DNA from: Octopus bimaculoides
Taxonomy: Eukaryota
Length of the DNA: 37,849 nucleotides
Assembly: GCF_001194135.2 (NCBI RefSeq)
Contig: NC_068981.1
Span: forward strand, 57,061,377-57,099,225
Reading direction: 5' to 3'
Part shown: positions 34,637-37,849 of the stretch, in pieces
Position numbering within the stretch: position 1 is the first letter of the stretch
How the letters are laid out: each line of letters begins with the position of its first letter
Program-made: the position numbers and the translations under genes
The notes under the pieces: generated by a model
What the model saw: the letters and a program-made list of their open reading frames with translations, nothing else
Database searches by the model: none
What the model was told of the DNA's origin: nothing

Positions 34637-34938
34637 CATATATTCTCACACATGCACATATATGTATAAACACAACCATGTTATGCATATGTTTATAAAT
34701 AGGTGTATTTCTAATAAGATTATATATATACACGTATATAGTGTATGTGTGTGTGTATGCATGTGTGTCTGTGTTTATACATGACAGAAAAAGCATCAAT
34801 GTGAAGAAAAATTTACCAGTGCAAATTGTGTCTGACCCATGCCAGCATTGAAGTGCAAAATTTAATTGGAGCTGAAGATAATGATGATGATACACAAATC
34901 TTTTCAGGAATATATAAGTGCATATATATATATGTACA

Positions 34939-34983
<45 letters not shown>

Positions 34984-36028
34984 NNNNNNNNNNNNNNNNN
35001 NNNNNNNNNNNNNNNNNNNNNNNNNNNNNNNNNNNNNNNNNNNNNNNNNNNNNNNNNNNNNNNNNNNNNNNNNNNNNNNNNNNNNNNNNNNNNNNNNNNN
35101 NNNNNNNNNNNNNNNNNNNNNNNNNNNNNNNNNNNNNNNNNNNNNNNNNNNNNNNNNNNNNNNNNNNNNNNNNNNNNNNNNNNNNNNNNNNNNNNNNNNN
35201 NNNNNNNNNNNNNNNNNNNNNNNNNNNNNNNNNNNNNNNNNNNNNNNNNNNNNNNNNNNNNNNNNNNNNNNNNNNNNNNNNNNNNNNNNNNNNNNNNNNN
35301 NNNNNNNNNNNNNNNNNNNNNNNNNNNNNNNNNNNNNNNNNNNNNNNNNNNNNNNNNNNNNNNNNNNNNNNNNNNNNNNNNNNNNNNNNNNNNNNNNNNN
35401 NNNNNNNNNNNNNNNNNNNNNNNNNNNNNNNNNNNNNNNNNNNNNNNNNNNNNNNNNNNNNNNNNNNNNNNNNNNNNNNNNNNNNNNNNNNNNNNNNNNN
35501 NNNNNNNNNNNNNNNNNNNNNNNNNNNNNNNNNNNNNNNNNNNNNNNNNNNNNNNNNNNNNNNNNNNNNNNNNNNNNNNNNAACGCCAACCACTCATATA
35601 TATATATATATATGTGTGTGTAAATATAAAAATACACTTGTATGCATATATGTGTATATATGTTTATATATGTATATATTTATGTATATACATATTTATG
35701 TATGTATCCATATATATGTGTGTATATATATACATACATGTATGTATATGTATACACATATATGTGTATGTATATATGTAAACATACCTATGTGTCTGTA
35801 TATTATATGTACTCATGTATTTATGCATATGTATTTCACATGCATATATATATATATATATATATATAGAAACACACACATATATGTGTATACATAAAGA
35901 TATATCAGTAGTCATGACTAATATATATATATATATATACACACACATACATTCACACACATCAAGAAAGTTTTATATTTTTATGTATGTGGATATATTT
36001 ATATCAATATACATTATATATATATGTA

Positions 36029-36077
<49 letters not shown>

Positions 36078-36494
36078 TGGTCCACTGATAGGTATCATAT
36101 ATATTATATGAACTACAAGTTCTATAGAAATGTATCTATTTCAACTATGTATGTGTTTTTTGTACGTATATGCACTTACATGTTAATAGCACATTCGTGT
36201 GTGTGTGTGTGTGTGCATACATGTATATATATGTATATCTGCAGATTTAAATTTATCTATATTTGATTGTGTATGTGTGTCTCTTAAGTGATTTAGAGTA
36301 ACTTTTACAGATATCCATATACATAAACATTGATAGTCTAGACTTTACACTTACATATGTATGTCTATGAATATTTGTATATGTGTGCTAGTAATGTATG
36401 TATATAGTGAATGTTTGTATGAATATTAATATATCAGAACACCTCCACACAAAGATATGTATATAAATTATAATATATACATATGCGTGTGCAT

Positions 36495-36557
<63 letters not shown>

Positions 36558-36600
36558 AATGTGTGTGTATTTGTGTGTATAAATATACTTGCTGGTTTAT
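32590..36600. repeat. About 4-kb compound TA/CA/TG microsatellite field in the intron following the coding exon
   Basis: Directly visible; includes an N gap at 34984-35581. It continues patchily to the end of the window. Confidence 0.95.
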
Positions 36601-36749
36601 GAATATACATATCTAAATATTGTACCTGTGTATCTGTTTGAGTGAGTTTCTGTGTGTCCGTGTTTTGACACTGCAAGATTGTTGTCACTCCTAGTATTCT
36701 GAAAAATATTCTGCTAAATATTCTGAAAAGGATTGTTGACTATAAGGGA

Positions 36750-37290
36750 AATATTACCTTAATTGGAAACAGGTGAGGTTTGGTAACAGGAACAGCATCC
36801 TGCTGAAGAAAATGTCTCAGTAAATTACACCTGGCCTATGGAAGCATGGAAAAATTGGATGTCAAAATGACAACGATGGTGATGATTACAGGTTGAAAAC
36901 ATGGCTATGTGGTGACAACTTTGGTTCCCAACTACATTGCACCTTGGGTAAGTGTCTTCTACTGCAGCCCCCCAGGACCAACTAAAGACTTTTGCTAGAT
37001 GGGAACTGAAAGAAGCTCATCCTATATGTGTGTGTGTGGGGGTGGGTGTGCGTGTTTTACTGTCACCTTGCCTTGACTTCACATAAGAGTTGTAAAGGAG
37101 TGCTACTGTCGCACAAGCAGTGTCCTTGTTTCCGATCTGCTGGGAAAAGCATGTCTGGTCATAGGGACTGTTACTTTACTTGGAAAAAGGTTGGCAAGAG
37201 GAAGGGAATTTAGCCATTTAAAATTCATCTACAGAAATTCAATCAGAGCTATATGAGCATCCACAAGTGGATGTTAAAATAATAATGATG
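36750..37290 (+). mobile_element. Cluster of SINE fragments and RTE-type (GAT)n-tailed 3' ends
   Basis: GGAAACAGGTGAGGTTTGGTAACAGGAACAGCATCC...GCATGGAAAAATTGGATGTCAAAATGACAACGATG, a family A head at about 36900, and a second tail ending at about 37290. Related tails occur at about 34820-34890 (+) and 37505-37625 (-). Confidence 0.65.
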
Positions 37291-37294
37291 ACAA

Positions 37295-37330
<36 letters not shown>

Positions 37331-37790
37331 ATATATATATAGACCTATTAATATGTATAAATATATATCTAATTATTATATCAATGTATGAGTTCTCAAA
37401 CTCATACATTGGGTGTACGTATAGATCTATTTAATTATTTATATTTGTATATATATATATATATATATATATATACGTACATAAACATGTCTGTATATAT
37501 GTATATCATCATCATCATCATCATTGTCGTTTAATGTCCGCTTTCCATGCTGGCATGGGTTGGGCGGTTTGATTGAAAACTGGCAGGCTGGGCGGCTGCA
37601 CCAGGTTCCAATCTGATTTGGCAAGGTATGTATATAGATAGATAGATATATATATATGTGTGTGTGTATATATATATGCATATATATATATATATATATA
37701 TGCATATATACAAGTACATATATATATATTGTAGAGATGTTTATATAAACACTGACATAAAAAAATACATGCATACATTTATCTACATAT

Positions 37791-37849
<59 letters not shown>

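Overview
AT-rich eukaryotic genomic DNA from a gapped draft assembly (five N gaps). The SINE families, RTE-type tails and extreme microsatellite load look like an octopus/cephalopod genome; this is inferred from repeat content, not searched. Positions 1-27.6 kb are intergenic and filled with decayed transposons: mariner, maT/DD37D, Merlin, Chapaev-type, Helitron, Gypsy, Penelope with a hammerhead-like motif, RTE and CR1 LINEs, and many tRNA-derived SINEs. About 27.7-32.5 kb has no recognisable TE and looks like a promoter/5'UTR region; it includes two tandem COE/EBF-type palindromes. The only well-supported host coding sequence is a 40-nt first coding exon at 32446-32485 (+), MSRRKQARPRSCK followed by GTAAGT. 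This is the N-terminal NuRD-recruiting motif of ZNF423/ZNF521 (Oaz)/FOG/SALL/BCL11-type zinc-finger repressors, best matching ZNF423/521. The rest of the window is its microsatellite-saturated downstream intron. No rRNA, true tRNA genes or CRISPR arrays were seen. TE boundaries were read by eye and are approximate unless stated otherwise.
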